A DNA stretch of 38,460 nucleotides from the IMG/VR virus record IMGVR_UViG_3300029142_000015, positions 1 through 38,460 of that record. One strand, given 5' to 3'. The DNA is from a virus (taxonomy: Duplodnaviria > Caudoviricetes). The translations under genes were made by a program, and so were the position numbers. This document shows, one piece after another, positions 1-7,347 of this stretch; position 1 is the first letter of the stretch; every line of letters starts with the position of its first letter. The notes under the pieces are model-generated. The model saw nothing but the letters and a program-made list of their open reading frames with translations. It had not been told where the DNA came from and made no database searches.

Positions 1-28
1 CGTGTAATTTTTTTTGTGTGTATAAGTG

Positions 29-106
29 CATTTATAACATTTATAACGTTTTTACCTTGTGTAAGCCATTTCTGTGCTGCATGCTTTTGCATTTATAACA
101 TTTATA
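29..106. repeat. CATTTATAA tandem repeats (left part of candidate origin)
   Basis: CATTTATAA x2 at 29-46 and CATTTATAA-CATTTATA at 90-106, in non-coding AT-rich DNA; inverted copies lie at the far right end. Confidence 0.75.
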
Positions 107-192
107 GAATTTCTGATCATTTTTAACTTTTGTCCACACCCATGGTAGCCTTCAAACGAATACATAAGGGAAAGCGCCGCGCCGATGATAGT

Positions 193-222
193 AAAAGACC
201 CCTGTGCGTTAACACAGAGGTC
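193..222 (-). terminator. Intrinsic terminator for the 1138->249 operon
   Basis: 10-bp stem 197-206/213-222; its single C/A mismatch is a G-U pair on the minus strand; followed by UUUU (193-196), just after the 249 stop. Confidence 0.6.
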
Positions 223-248
223 CATTTTAGCGCCGTAGAGCGACGAAA

Positions 249-554
249 CTACACAGAGTGGTATAGAGTGCCAGGTAAGCCGCGTTGACGCGCGTCAGGG
301 GATTTAAATAGCTTTTTTATTCGTAGGCTTCGAGAGCTAACGCGTGTGACTAGGGCGTATGGTGTGACGTCAGTGCGTAAATCGCCAGAGCGTGGGAGTA
401 TACGGCTCTCGTCTAGGAGTAGCATACCTTCAGCGCCGGTTTCACCAAGTAGTTCGAGGATTCTACGGACAGCAGGCTTGTGTGTGATGTTGTCGTATTC
501 AAGGTTGTGGCAAGGTATCGCCGCTAAGTTGTGTTGGAGTAGTAAGTATTTCAT
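249..554 (-). CDS. Hypothetical protein
   Basis: 101 aa; ATGA overlap with the upstream 551-703 ORF. Confidence 0.65.
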   Translation of the reverse strand: MKYLLLQHNLAAIPCHNLEYDNITHKPAVRRILELLGETGAEGMLLLDESRILPRSGDLRTDVTPYALVTRVSSRSLRIKKLFKSPDARQRGLPGTLYHSV

Positions 555-703
555 TTTGCGATTTGGTAAATAGCATTAGGTGTAGCGAGGACCGCTTGAG
601 GTTGGCCGTTGCCGTTTTCCCAGCCAGCAGCGTATAGGAAACTTGCTGCAAGAGCGGTGCCGGCCAAAGCGAGGCCGACGTAAACTAGGTTGTAATCGTT
701 CAT
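551..703 (-). CDS. Small membrane protein (50 aa, not in ORF track)
   Basis: MNDYNLVYVGLALAGTALAASFLYAAGW...IAK; one hydrophobic helix; ACCACAACTCT leader; ATGA coupling. Confidence 0.65.
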   Translation of the reverse strand: MNDYNLVYVGLALAGTALAASFLYAAGWENGNGQPQAVLATPNAIYQIAK

Positions 704-726
704 AGAGTTGTGGTTTTAGGAGGGTT

Positions 727-876
727 TTACTGTTGAGCTTGTTGCTCTACCCAGGATTTTAATAGGAGTCGCACTAATCCAGGCAGCGTAAGTTCACCAT
801 CTTGTAGCTGTAGTTCGACTTGGGTTTTTAGCTCTGGCGAGATACGGACGTAGATTGTTTCAGTTTTATTACCCAT
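727..876 (-). CDS. Ribbon-helix-helix (Arc/CopG-like) DNA-binding protein (49 aa, not in ORF track)
   Basis: MGNKTETIYVRISPELKTQVELQLQDGELTLPGLVRLLLKSWVEQQAQQ: alternating beta strand then two helices; overlaps the 869 stop. Confidence 0.6.
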   Translation of the reverse strand: MGNKTETIYVRISPELKTQVELQLQDGELTLPGLVRLLLKSWVEQQAQQ

Positions 877-1138
877 TGATCATTTCTTGGTTAGCTTTAA
901 ATGGAAACTTGCGATTGAGCACGCTGGCTAATTGTTGCCATGCTACTCGATCTAGTAGGTCTTGCGAGTAGTTAAGTGATAGTGCGTCGAGTCCGGTGTT
1001 CATTTCTTGAACGTAGGCGCGAACAGATTCACCGGTCCACTTGTCATCCTCGCAAGTTGGAACCCACCCTTCAAACACTTCCAGTGCTATTTGGTGTGTT
1101 TCGGCGTTGAGCCAGCCATTGTGTTTTGCGTCTTGCAT
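869..1138 (-). CDS. Hypothetical protein
   Basis: 89 aa; first gene of the leftward operon; ACCACAACT leader. Confidence 0.65.
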   Translation of the reverse strand: MQDAKHNGWLNAETHQIALEVFEGWVPTCEDDKWTGESVRAYVQEMNTGLDALSLNYSQDLLDRVAWQQLASVLNRKFPFKANQEMING

Positions 1139-1168
1139 TTCAGTTGTGGTTAGGAGTAAGACGTCCCA

Positions 1169-1236
1169 ATATTAGCACTTTGTCCGGCAATGTCCAGCAC
1201 GAATAACTTGTGTCAAGGCTTTTTTTATGTTATAAT
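1169..1236. promoter_or_regulatory. Divergent sigma70-like promoters
   Basis: + strand: TTGTGT(1208-13)-17-TATAAT(1231-36) with extended TG. - strand: TTGACA(1216-11) with a weak -10, or TGGACA(1196-91)-16-TAATAT(1174-69) with extended TG. Confidence 0.6.
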
Positions 1237-1245
1237 AGCGAAGCA

Positions 1246-1662
1246 ATGAAGAACAAAAAAACTGCTCACGCAACAGATAAGCAGCGCAAGGCTGCAGAGA
1301 TTGCGGCGCAAGCAATAGTCGAAGGTCGCCACAAGCCAAAGAAAGAAATTTTGCGCGAAGCTGGTTACAGTGATGCCGTGACAACAACGCCAGGAAAGAT
1401 CATGGAGACTGATACTTTTCAGGCGCTTTTGAACGAGTTGCTGCCTGAAGAATTGACCGTGAAGCGCCACAAAGAGTTGGTTATAACGGATAACGAAGCC
1501 GTTGCGATTCAGGCTGTCAAGCTCGCACATCAACTGCGTGGACGTCTCGAGAACGTGCGTCAAGCACAGCAACAACAAGTGGTGATTAACTTTGGTAATG
1601 CGCCATCGTCTGCCGTGATCGAAGGTGAAGTGGTTGACATAAGTGCAGAGCATGGTGACTAA
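1246..1662 (+). CDS. terS: Terminase small subunit
   Basis: ATG at 1246 preferred over the track start; EILREAGYS HTH-type motif; upstream of TerL. Confidence 0.65.
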   Translation: MKNKKTAHATDKQRKAAEIAAQAIVEGRHKPKKEILREAGYSDAVTTTPGKIMETDTFQALLNELLPEELTVKRHKELVITDNEAVAIQAVKLAHQLRGRLENVRQAQQQQVVINFGNAPSSAVIEGEVVDISAEHGD

Positions 1663-1965
1663 CCTGTACGCTTTCTTCTTTATGTGTCTTCCGCGCGGAG
1701 CGAAGGGTGCTCTAACCTGTTAACTGTGCGGCACATCACACATTGTGCGGGATTAACGGATTACGAAACCAAACCCCCCGTACCCCTCCGAAAACGCACG
1801 CGCGCCTCTTATATATTCTTGCCATCTACGCGTAAAACCGGATTTTGAAATTTAGCCTAAAGCACCACGACTGCCACAGTAAGTAAATTCCGATACACAT
1901 TTTGTCACCCAGACAACCGTGCCGCCGTAGAAGCGCATTTACGCGCAAAAAAGGTCTACGGGTCT

Positions 1966-3453
1966 TTGTTTGTTAGCGACTATGTACCGCGGGGACTCCC
2001 AGTAGTGCGTGAAGTGCAAACCGGTTATCGTACTAAAGCGGACTTGCTGGCGGAAACAGAAAACCAGTTTCGCATATGGTATGACGAATACGCGAAGCGA
2101 CCACGGCAAGCCGACGAAATACGTTTGCCGATGCCACACCCTCGACAGCGGACCATTATCTACTCGAAGAAACGCTTCAAGGTAATGGTCTGTGGTCGAC
2201 GTTTTGGTAAAACTACCGCAGCGTTGATTGCAGCAGTTCTCCGGGCGAATGCGAAGCCGAATCAAATGATTTACTACGTCGCTCCTACCTACAGACAAGC
2301 TAAGCAGATCGCCTGGGGAATGCTTTTGGATTTCGTTGGAAACGCATACAAGCGCAAAAACGAGCAGGAACTTGTAATTGAGTTCTCCAATGGTTCGAAA
2401 ATTTATTTAAAGGGGGCCGAAAACCCCGACGCTCTACGTGGAGCTTACGTACACCTGGCGATTTTGGACGAATACCAAGACCAACGCCCCGTTGTGTGGG
2501 AACAGATCATACAGCCTATGATCGCCGACACGAAAGGTGACGTTTGGTTTATTGGTACGCCAAAGGGGTTTAATCATTTCCACCAATTATGGAAAGATGC
2601 CTCCGAAGGCAAATTGGGCGCCGACTGGGCCGCCTACCGTTTGACCACATACGACAACCCGCACATACCACGCGAAGAAATTGAACGGGCGCGCAAAACA
2701 ACGGACGAACGTTCGTTTAATCAGGAATATCTCGCGCATTTTGTTCAGTTTTCCGGACTGGTTTACCCACAATTCCAACGGGTAAAGCACGTCCAATTCT
2801 TCGATCATAAGAAAATCGAGGGCATATATTTAACTGGTATTGATTGCGGAGCGGATCACCCAACCGCTGGTATTTTTATTAAAGTAACTTCGGGCGGCAC
2901 GGTTTACGTATGGAACGAGCACTACCAAGCTGACGCCGCTGTAGCCGAACACGCAGAATGCTTGCTGCAGCTAAAAGGTCCTGTACATGTACGTAAATGG
3001 TATATTGACCCTAGCGCCAAACAGTTTGCGAAAGATTTACGCACCCACGGGGTACCAACGGTTCCCGCGGTGAACGATCGACGTTACGGGATTCAAGAAC
3101 TTCGCTCGCTGTTAAAAGCGGGTAAATTAATTGTTCATCCAAAGTGCCAAAATCTTATTTACGAATTTGAGCATCACATCTACAAAGACTCAAAGAAGAA
3201 AGGCAAAGAACGCGGAGACGTAGAAAAGGAGGTAAAGAAAGTAGACGATGACGCGTTGGACGCGCTTCGTTACGCTATTGCGTCGCACTTCAAAGGGCGT
3301 ACTTACGAAGACTTAGACTTAGCTCCACCTATGGACGTGCCTATCGGTGTGAAAACTGCATTTGACAAAGACACCCTCCGCCGCTATACTGTGAGTACGG
3401 GAGGAAACGTACCACAGTATGTTGCTCCAGAATTTCAACACTTAGACCAATGA
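1966..3453 (+). CDS. terL: Terminase large subunit
   Basis: Walker A GRRFGKT, Walker B AILDE, GTP coupling motif, RNase H-like GID...DDDALDALRY; TTG start uncertain. Confidence 0.95.
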   Translation: MFVSDYVPRGLPVVREVQTGYRTKADLLAETENQFRIWYDEYAKRPRQADEIRLPMPHPRQRTIIYSKKRFKVMVCGRRFGKTTAALIAAVLRANAKPNQMIYYVAPTYRQAKQIAWGMLLDFVGNAYKRKNEQELVIEFSNGSKIYLKGAENPDALRGAYVHLAILDEYQDQRPVVWEQIIQPMIADTKGDVWFIGTPKGFNHFHQLWKDASEGKLGADWAAYRLTTYDNPHIPREEIERARKTTDERSFNQEYLAHFVQFSGLVYPQFQRVKHVQFFDHKKIEGIYLTGIDCGADHPTAGIFIKVTSGGTVYVWNEHYQADAAVAEHAECLLQLKGPVHVRKWYIDPSAKQFAKDLRTHGVPTVPAVNDRRYGIQELRSLLKAGKLIVHPKCQNLIYEFEHHIYKDSKKKGKERGDVEKEVKKVDDDALDALRYAIASHFKGRTYEDLDLAPPMDVPIGVKTAFDKDTLRRYTVSTGGNVPQYVAPEFQHLDQ

Positions 3454-3755
3454 TCACTCTAGAACAACTCAAGCCGGTACCACCTTATATTGTCGTAGAG
3501 CCGGTAGATCCAAACGAAGGATCTAATATTGTAATTGCTGCAGAATACCAAGACGCCCCCCAGCGTGCTGTAGTGCGGGCCGTGTGGGACGACACTACGT
3601 TCTACAGCACCGAAACTCCGCAACTTTTGGTAGGGCCGGGCGACGAAGTGCTGCACGCAAAATACGGCGCTGTGGAAATTAATGATTCCGACTTCGCCTT
3701 GCTACATCACGATGACATTTACTGTATTGTCAAAAATGGCAGCGAAACCAAATAA
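3450..3755 (+). CDS. groES: GroES/Cpn10-like co-chaperonin
   Basis: LKP..YIVVEP...NIVI...AVVRAV...VGPGDEVLHAKYGAVEI...LLHHDDIYCIV follows the Cpn10 pattern; ATGA-coupled to TerL. Confidence 0.8.
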   Translation: MITLEQLKPVPPYIVVEPVDPNEGSNIVIAAEYQDAPQRAVVRAVWDDTTFYSTETPQLLVGPGDEVLHAKYGAVEINDSDFALLHHDDIYCIVKNGSETK

Positions 3756-3775
3756 ATTAAAGCGAGCACAAAGCT

Positions 3776-4183
3776 ATGGCAACATTCCAAAAAGTCCGGG
3801 CTTTAATCCGTGGCTTGCGTGGCGCACGCGATGTTCGCGATGTGGACGAGAAGGTACAGTCTTTCACTCCCCACGTATGGGACGAGACAATTCAAAAGCA
3901 CGCATACCAAGAATTGGTAAGATCCATGGAAAATGCACCGGCTGCCGTACGGGCCGACCACGCGTGCTCTTCAAACTCAACCGCGCCCAAGCGTTACACA
4001 AAAATGATATTAGACACCGTGAGACGACGGTTACGCCGCATACGGCGCGCTACAAAGTCTGAAGCGGTATACGCGCAGTATGCAGATAAAGAGTTCCGTA
4101 TATGGGTGGATTCACGCACGGGTAAACCTTGCGGGCCAATTCAATTTTACACACCCACCGGGTGGACAAACATAGCGGGGTAG
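3776..4183 (+). CDS. Hypothetical basic protein
   Basis: 135 aa, Arg-rich; its stop codon lies inside the tRNA gene. Confidence 0.6.
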   Translation: MATFQKVRALIRGLRGARDVRDVDEKVQSFTPHVWDETIQKHAYQELVRSMENAPAAVRADHACSSNSTAPKRYTKMILDTVRRRLRRIRRATKSEAVYAQYADKEFRIWVDSRTGKPCGPIQFYTPTGWTNIAG

Positions 4184-4248
4184 AGCAGTGGCAGCTCGTC
4201 GGGCTCATAACCCGGAGGTCGCAGGTTCGAATCCTGCCCCCGCAACCA
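4174..4248 (+). tRNA. Initiator tRNA-fMet (CAT)
   Basis: Full cloverleaf; CAT anticodon; three G-C pairs in anticodon stem; A11-U24; unpaired 1:72 (A:A); encoded CCA. Confidence 0.95.
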
Positions 4249-4266
4249 ATTGTTAAAAACACTTAA

Positions 4267-4368
4267 ATGGAATCTACACCAAGCACTTTATTTGAAGTAA
4301 CGAGCGGATCATTGTTTTGTGATTCGCATTACGAACGCACTGATCGTTTCGGCGAAAAGAGTTGGTAG
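4267..4368 (+). CDS. Possible 33-aa peptide
   Basis: MESTPSTLFEVTSGSLFCDSHYERTDRFGEKSW with an A-rich leader; no other support. Confidence 0.3.
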   Translation: MESTPSTLFEVTSGSLFCDSHYERTDRFGEKSW

Positions 4369-4375
4369 AAAACAC

Positions 4376-4561
4376 GCCGGCGGACAAGGCTTTGGCCACG
4401 TAACCAATCGTGGATGGGTAGCGAGTGGCCGGCACTTAATAGGGGCGAACCGCAAATAATAGCGAGCGAATAGCGGTTACTTTTCGTTAGGGGTTAAGGG
4501 ATAACGACCCAGGCTCGCAAAACTATCGAGTCCCACTTCTAGGCGAAAGTCTAGGGTGGGG
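4376..4561 (+). ncRNA. Structured non-coding RNA module, family unknown
   Basis: Consecutive stems: 4376-81/4428-33, 4396-4400/4409-13, 4448-53/4473-78, 4484-89/4502-07, 4514-17/4527-30, and a GAAA-capped stem 4532-44/4549-60 with G-U pairs. Confidence 0.5.
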
Positions 4562-4567
4562 GATACC

Positions 4568-4838
4568 CAGTAGGTGGCGGAATGGGTGCTGCTCCAAAGG
4601 CAGGCCCTCAGGTAGACGCATGCGGTGGCGCCATCCCGCGGAAATGTACTTCAGGATCACAGTAGAGAGGAGACGCGACGGCGCGGTAACTGTGTTCACC
4701 AGCTGATGACCTCTTGCCCCGTTCGGGCAACGTAACATGGTAAACGAAGGCCCTCTGCATTATACGTGACAGAGTCGAAAGGCTCGGGAATTTATCCGCA
4801 AAACGGCGCGTACGGGTTCGAATCCCGTCCTACTAACC
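4568..4838 (+). ncRNA. Large tRNA-like RNA with insertions
   Basis: Acceptor CAGTAGG/CCTACTA-A-CC; Leu-type D arm TGGCGGAAT...GGTAGACGC; T arm ACGGG-TTCGAAT-CCCGT; hairpin in the D loop and ~170 nt of extra structured sequence. Confidence 0.75.
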
Positions 4839-4906
4839 TAAAGACCGACGAGCCACCTCCACAGTAGTTTACCACAACTCTTGTTGGACTCATCGGCCTT
4901 TAGTGT
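4838..4906 (-). ncRNA. Candidate trans-acting hairpin sRNA
   Basis: 15-bp stem 4838-52/4889-4903 is fully paired only on the minus strand (two G-U); promoter immediately upstream; loop complementary to early-gene leaders. Confidence 0.65.
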
Positions 4907-4912
4907 GTCGGA

Positions 4913-4940
4913 ATTTTAGCTTTCTGCTGCGGAAAGTCAA
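4913..4940 (-). promoter_or_regulatory. Promoter for the hairpin sRNA
   Basis: TTGACT(4940-35)-16-TAAAAT(4918-13); predicted start near 4906. Confidence 0.55.
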
Positions 4941-4948
4941 GAGTCAAG

Positions 4949-4988
4949 CCCATTATGGTTTGCTTTTTACCACCCATTATGGTATAAT
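4949..4988 (+). promoter_or_regulatory. Portal-operon promoter with two CCCATTATGGT boxes
   Basis: TTGCTT(4960-65)-17-TATAAT(4983-88) with extended TG; identical 11-mers at 4949-59 and 4973-83. Confidence 0.75.
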
Positions 4989-5008
4989 ATTCCCCGTAGG
5001 AACTAGGA

Positions 5009-6889
5009 GTGCACTACTTCACGTGCACAATAGCTAAAAAAAAGAAAAATCAGACCCCAAGTGAGGAACTTCAAGCTTTAGCTCTTGCTAGAGTAAATGA
5101 CGAAGTTTCTTTTGTGCGTACACTTATGGCTCGACCTCGCCAAAACTGGCTAAGGTGGTACCGTTTGGTTCGCCTTTTCCGGCTTGAGGGCGTGAACAGC
5201 TTCAATCGTGTTTTCGTACCGCGTGCATGGGAGCAGATCGAAAAGATCGCCCCTAGAATGACGGCGCACGATCCAACTTTTGAAGTCATACCTGGTCGCC
5301 CGAAGTCAGTAGCACTAGTGGATTACGTTTCACAGTGGCTTTTGTATATTTGGGAAGAACGCTTGCTGCGTAAAGACGTACGCGAGTGGACCAAGGGCGC
5401 TTTAACGTACGGAACTGGATGGGTGAAGCTTTACATGGACGTGCAAACGAAGAAAGAGCTTGTAGAGCGCATGGAAATTGATGAAGAAACCGGTGAACGT
5501 ATTATGGTAGAGGAGGAAGTGGAAATCAGCGCTCTGCCAGCGTTTGGATATGTAGATATTTTCGATATTGACGTAGATCCTCGGTATTCTTGCATCGAAG
5601 ATGCCCCTGGGATTATCCATTCTTTGGAAAGGCAGTCTTTTGGGGACTTGCTGTCCGATGAAAAGGCACTCAATTACTTCAACCTGGATAAAATCAAAGC
5701 AATGGCGTCCGGCGCAACAGACGTTGCAGCATTCGATAATTCCAAAGAGAAGAAACTCGAGGCTCGATCTATTTCAACACATGCTGGTACTTCTAGTGGA
5801 ACTAAAGATGGACAAATAGACCTTACTAATTTGACGGTTCGCGAATATTGGGGGCGTTTCTCTCCAACAGATTCAGTTGATGACGTTGAAGAATACGTGA
5901 TTACAACAGTGAATGACTCTATTGTAATCCGTTTGGAGCGCAATCCTTACGCTACACCTGACAACCAGGACGGTATCCGTCCATTTGAGCAAATGGTTGA
6001 TCATGACAACCCTGGTGAACTTTACGGGACTGGTGAAGTAGAGCCAACAGAAACGCTGCAAATTGCGTTGAATAAAATTAGAAACCACAGGCTTGACAAT
6101 GTCGACCTGGTATTAAACCGAATGTGGGTTTATGACCGGAACGGTGGTGTTAATCCAAAACATTTGCAATCCTTCCCTGGTAATGTAATTGCCGCGGACG
6201 ATGTAAATGCGATTCAACCGCTGGTGACGCCAGACGTAACTTCAAGTAGTTATGCTGAGGAAGATCGTATTGAACGAGACTTCCAACGTGCAACCGGTAA
6301 CATCGACTCTACTGATCAAGGTGGAGCAGGTGGATTTATTAATACCGCTACGGGTGAAAAGATTCGTGATAAAGATCGCAGTGCGCGATTCCAGCTAAAG
6401 ATCGAAAACCTAGAAGATGCCCTAGCTCGTGTAGCACAAAAGATGCTTCGCATGCTACATGCAACCGAGGGTCAGAGTTTTGTGATTCGTCGCCGAAATA
6501 AAAATGGTGAGACGAAGTTTACAGAAATTCAAAAAGAGCTCTTGCGTGAAGCTGTAGAAGGTATGGCGATCCGTGTAAAAGCTGGATCTACGATTTCCGA
6601 TGATTATGAAGAGCGACGTAATGAAGCTCTCGCTCAATGGAATCTAGCGTCCGTTGCACACGAAAAAGGTTTGATTGATCAAAATCAGCTGAAGGATGTA
6701 TTTGAGAATGTAATGCGAATTGCGTTCAAAAATCAAAACCTCACAAAGAGTGAAGGAGGTGGTTTGCAGAGCCTATTGGCTCCACCGCCACCAGCACAGC
6801 CAGCAGTCGCCGCGCCGAGTGGCACAGCAGCACAGATCAATCCACAAACTTTAACACCCAATGGTTTACCACCTGATTTAGCGATTTAA
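5009..6889 (+). CDS. Portal protein (podovirus/P22-like)
   Basis: 626 aa; GALTYGTGWVK, IRPF...PGELYGTG, NKIRNHRLDN motifs; position after TerL; start uncertain (GTG 5009 or ATA 5030). Confidence 0.85.
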   Translation: MHYFTCTIAKKKKNQTPSEELQALALARVNDEVSFVRTLMARPRQNWLRWYRLVRLFRLEGVNSFNRVFVPRAWEQIEKIAPRMTAHDPTFEVIPGRPKSVALVDYVSQWLLYIWEERLLRKDVREWTKGALTYGTGWVKLYMDVQTKKELVERMEIDEETGERIMVEEEVEISALPAFGYVDIFDIDVDPRYSCIEDAPGIIHSLERQSFGDLLSDEKALNYFNLDKIKAMASGATDVAAFDNSKEKKLEARSISTHAGTSSGTKDGQIDLTNLTVREYWGRFSPTDSVDDVEEYVITTVNDSIVIRLERNPYATPDNQDGIRPFEQMVDHDNPGELYGTGEVEPTETLQIALNKIRNHRLDNVDLVLNRMWVYDRNGGVNPKHLQSFPGNVIAADDVNAIQPLVTPDVTSSSYAEEDRIERDFQRATGNIDSTDQGGAGGFINTATGEKIRDKDRSARFQLKIENLEDALARVAQKMLRMLHATEGQSFVIRRRNKNGETKFTEIQKELLREAVEGMAIRVKAGSTISDDYEERRNEALAQWNLASVAHEKGLIDQNQLKDVFENVMRIAFKNQNLTKSEGGGLQSLLAPPPPAQPAVAAPSGTAAQINPQTLTPNGLPPDLAI

Positions 6890-7224
6890 TGACTTTGTTT
6901 GGCTCAATTGCGGAGAAATGGCAGCTCTGGACCGGAGAACTGGAAGTACCAGACCCCGTGCCAGATTTTGAGAAAGAACAAATCCTCGAGATGGAAAGAA
7001 CTGCGCGCGAAATTATGCAGCAACAAAAGTCGATCGTGGAGCTGATGCAAATGTCAGGATGGAAACTTTTAGAAGATCACAGGGCAGCACGCATCGAAGT
7101 TCTTCGCTCTCAATTGGAGAGGTATAGCGTGGAGGACGAAAAAGCGAAGGACTTGCGTGCGGAGTTACGTGTTTTGCGTAGTTATGAGAATTATCTGGTT
7201 GGAAAGCTAGATTTTAGAGGTTGA
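6889..7224 (+). CDS. Small helical protein following portal
   Basis: 111 aa; TAATG coupling; SGWKLL motif. Confidence 0.7.
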   Translation: MTLFGSIAEKWQLWTGELEVPDPVPDFEKEQILEMERTAREIMQQQKSIVELMQMSGWKLLEDHRAARIEVLRSQLERYSVEDEKAKDLRAELRVLRSYENYLVGKLDFRG

Positions 7225-7347
7225 AGCGAGTTCCTAAGGTTTGGTTTCCCCCTTCCGCTCTCCTTAGGATCTCACTTTAGCTTCTAGCACGGTGGTCGTA
7301 CCACCCTTAAAAAAACGGATTTAATACGTAAATTCATCGAAGGAAAC

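Noticed and set aside
230-1935. CGCCGTAGA at ~231 and ~1923 (and inverted at ~24835)
   Set aside because: A short word with inconsistent context; could be chance.
4394-4430. HDV-like (theta) ribozyme near the tRNA
   Set aside because: GGCCAC/GTGGCC with GCGA resembles P2 and J4/2, but there is no room for P3/L3 plus P1, and it is not at the tRNA 3' end.
4050-4738. Minus-strand ORFs 4050-4262 and 4523-4738
   Set aside because: Antisense shadows of the tRNA and tRNA-like RNA.
4703-4785. Hammerhead ribozyme (CTGATGA ... CGAAA)
   Set aside because: Stem II would close with C/C, and I found no stem III or NUH partner.
4626-4795. Group I intron in the anticodon loop
   Set aside because: Short, no recognisable P7 core or terminal G, and removal does not give an obvious 7-nt anticodon loop; needs a covariance-model search to exclude fully.
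4442-4838. tmRNA (GGGGCG at 4442, tag-like ANNSERIAVTFR at 4452-90, T arm at 4812-28)
   Set aside because: The 3' acceptor strand CCTACTA does not pair with GGGGCG, there is no G3-U70, and the peptide lacks an Ala-Ala-type end.
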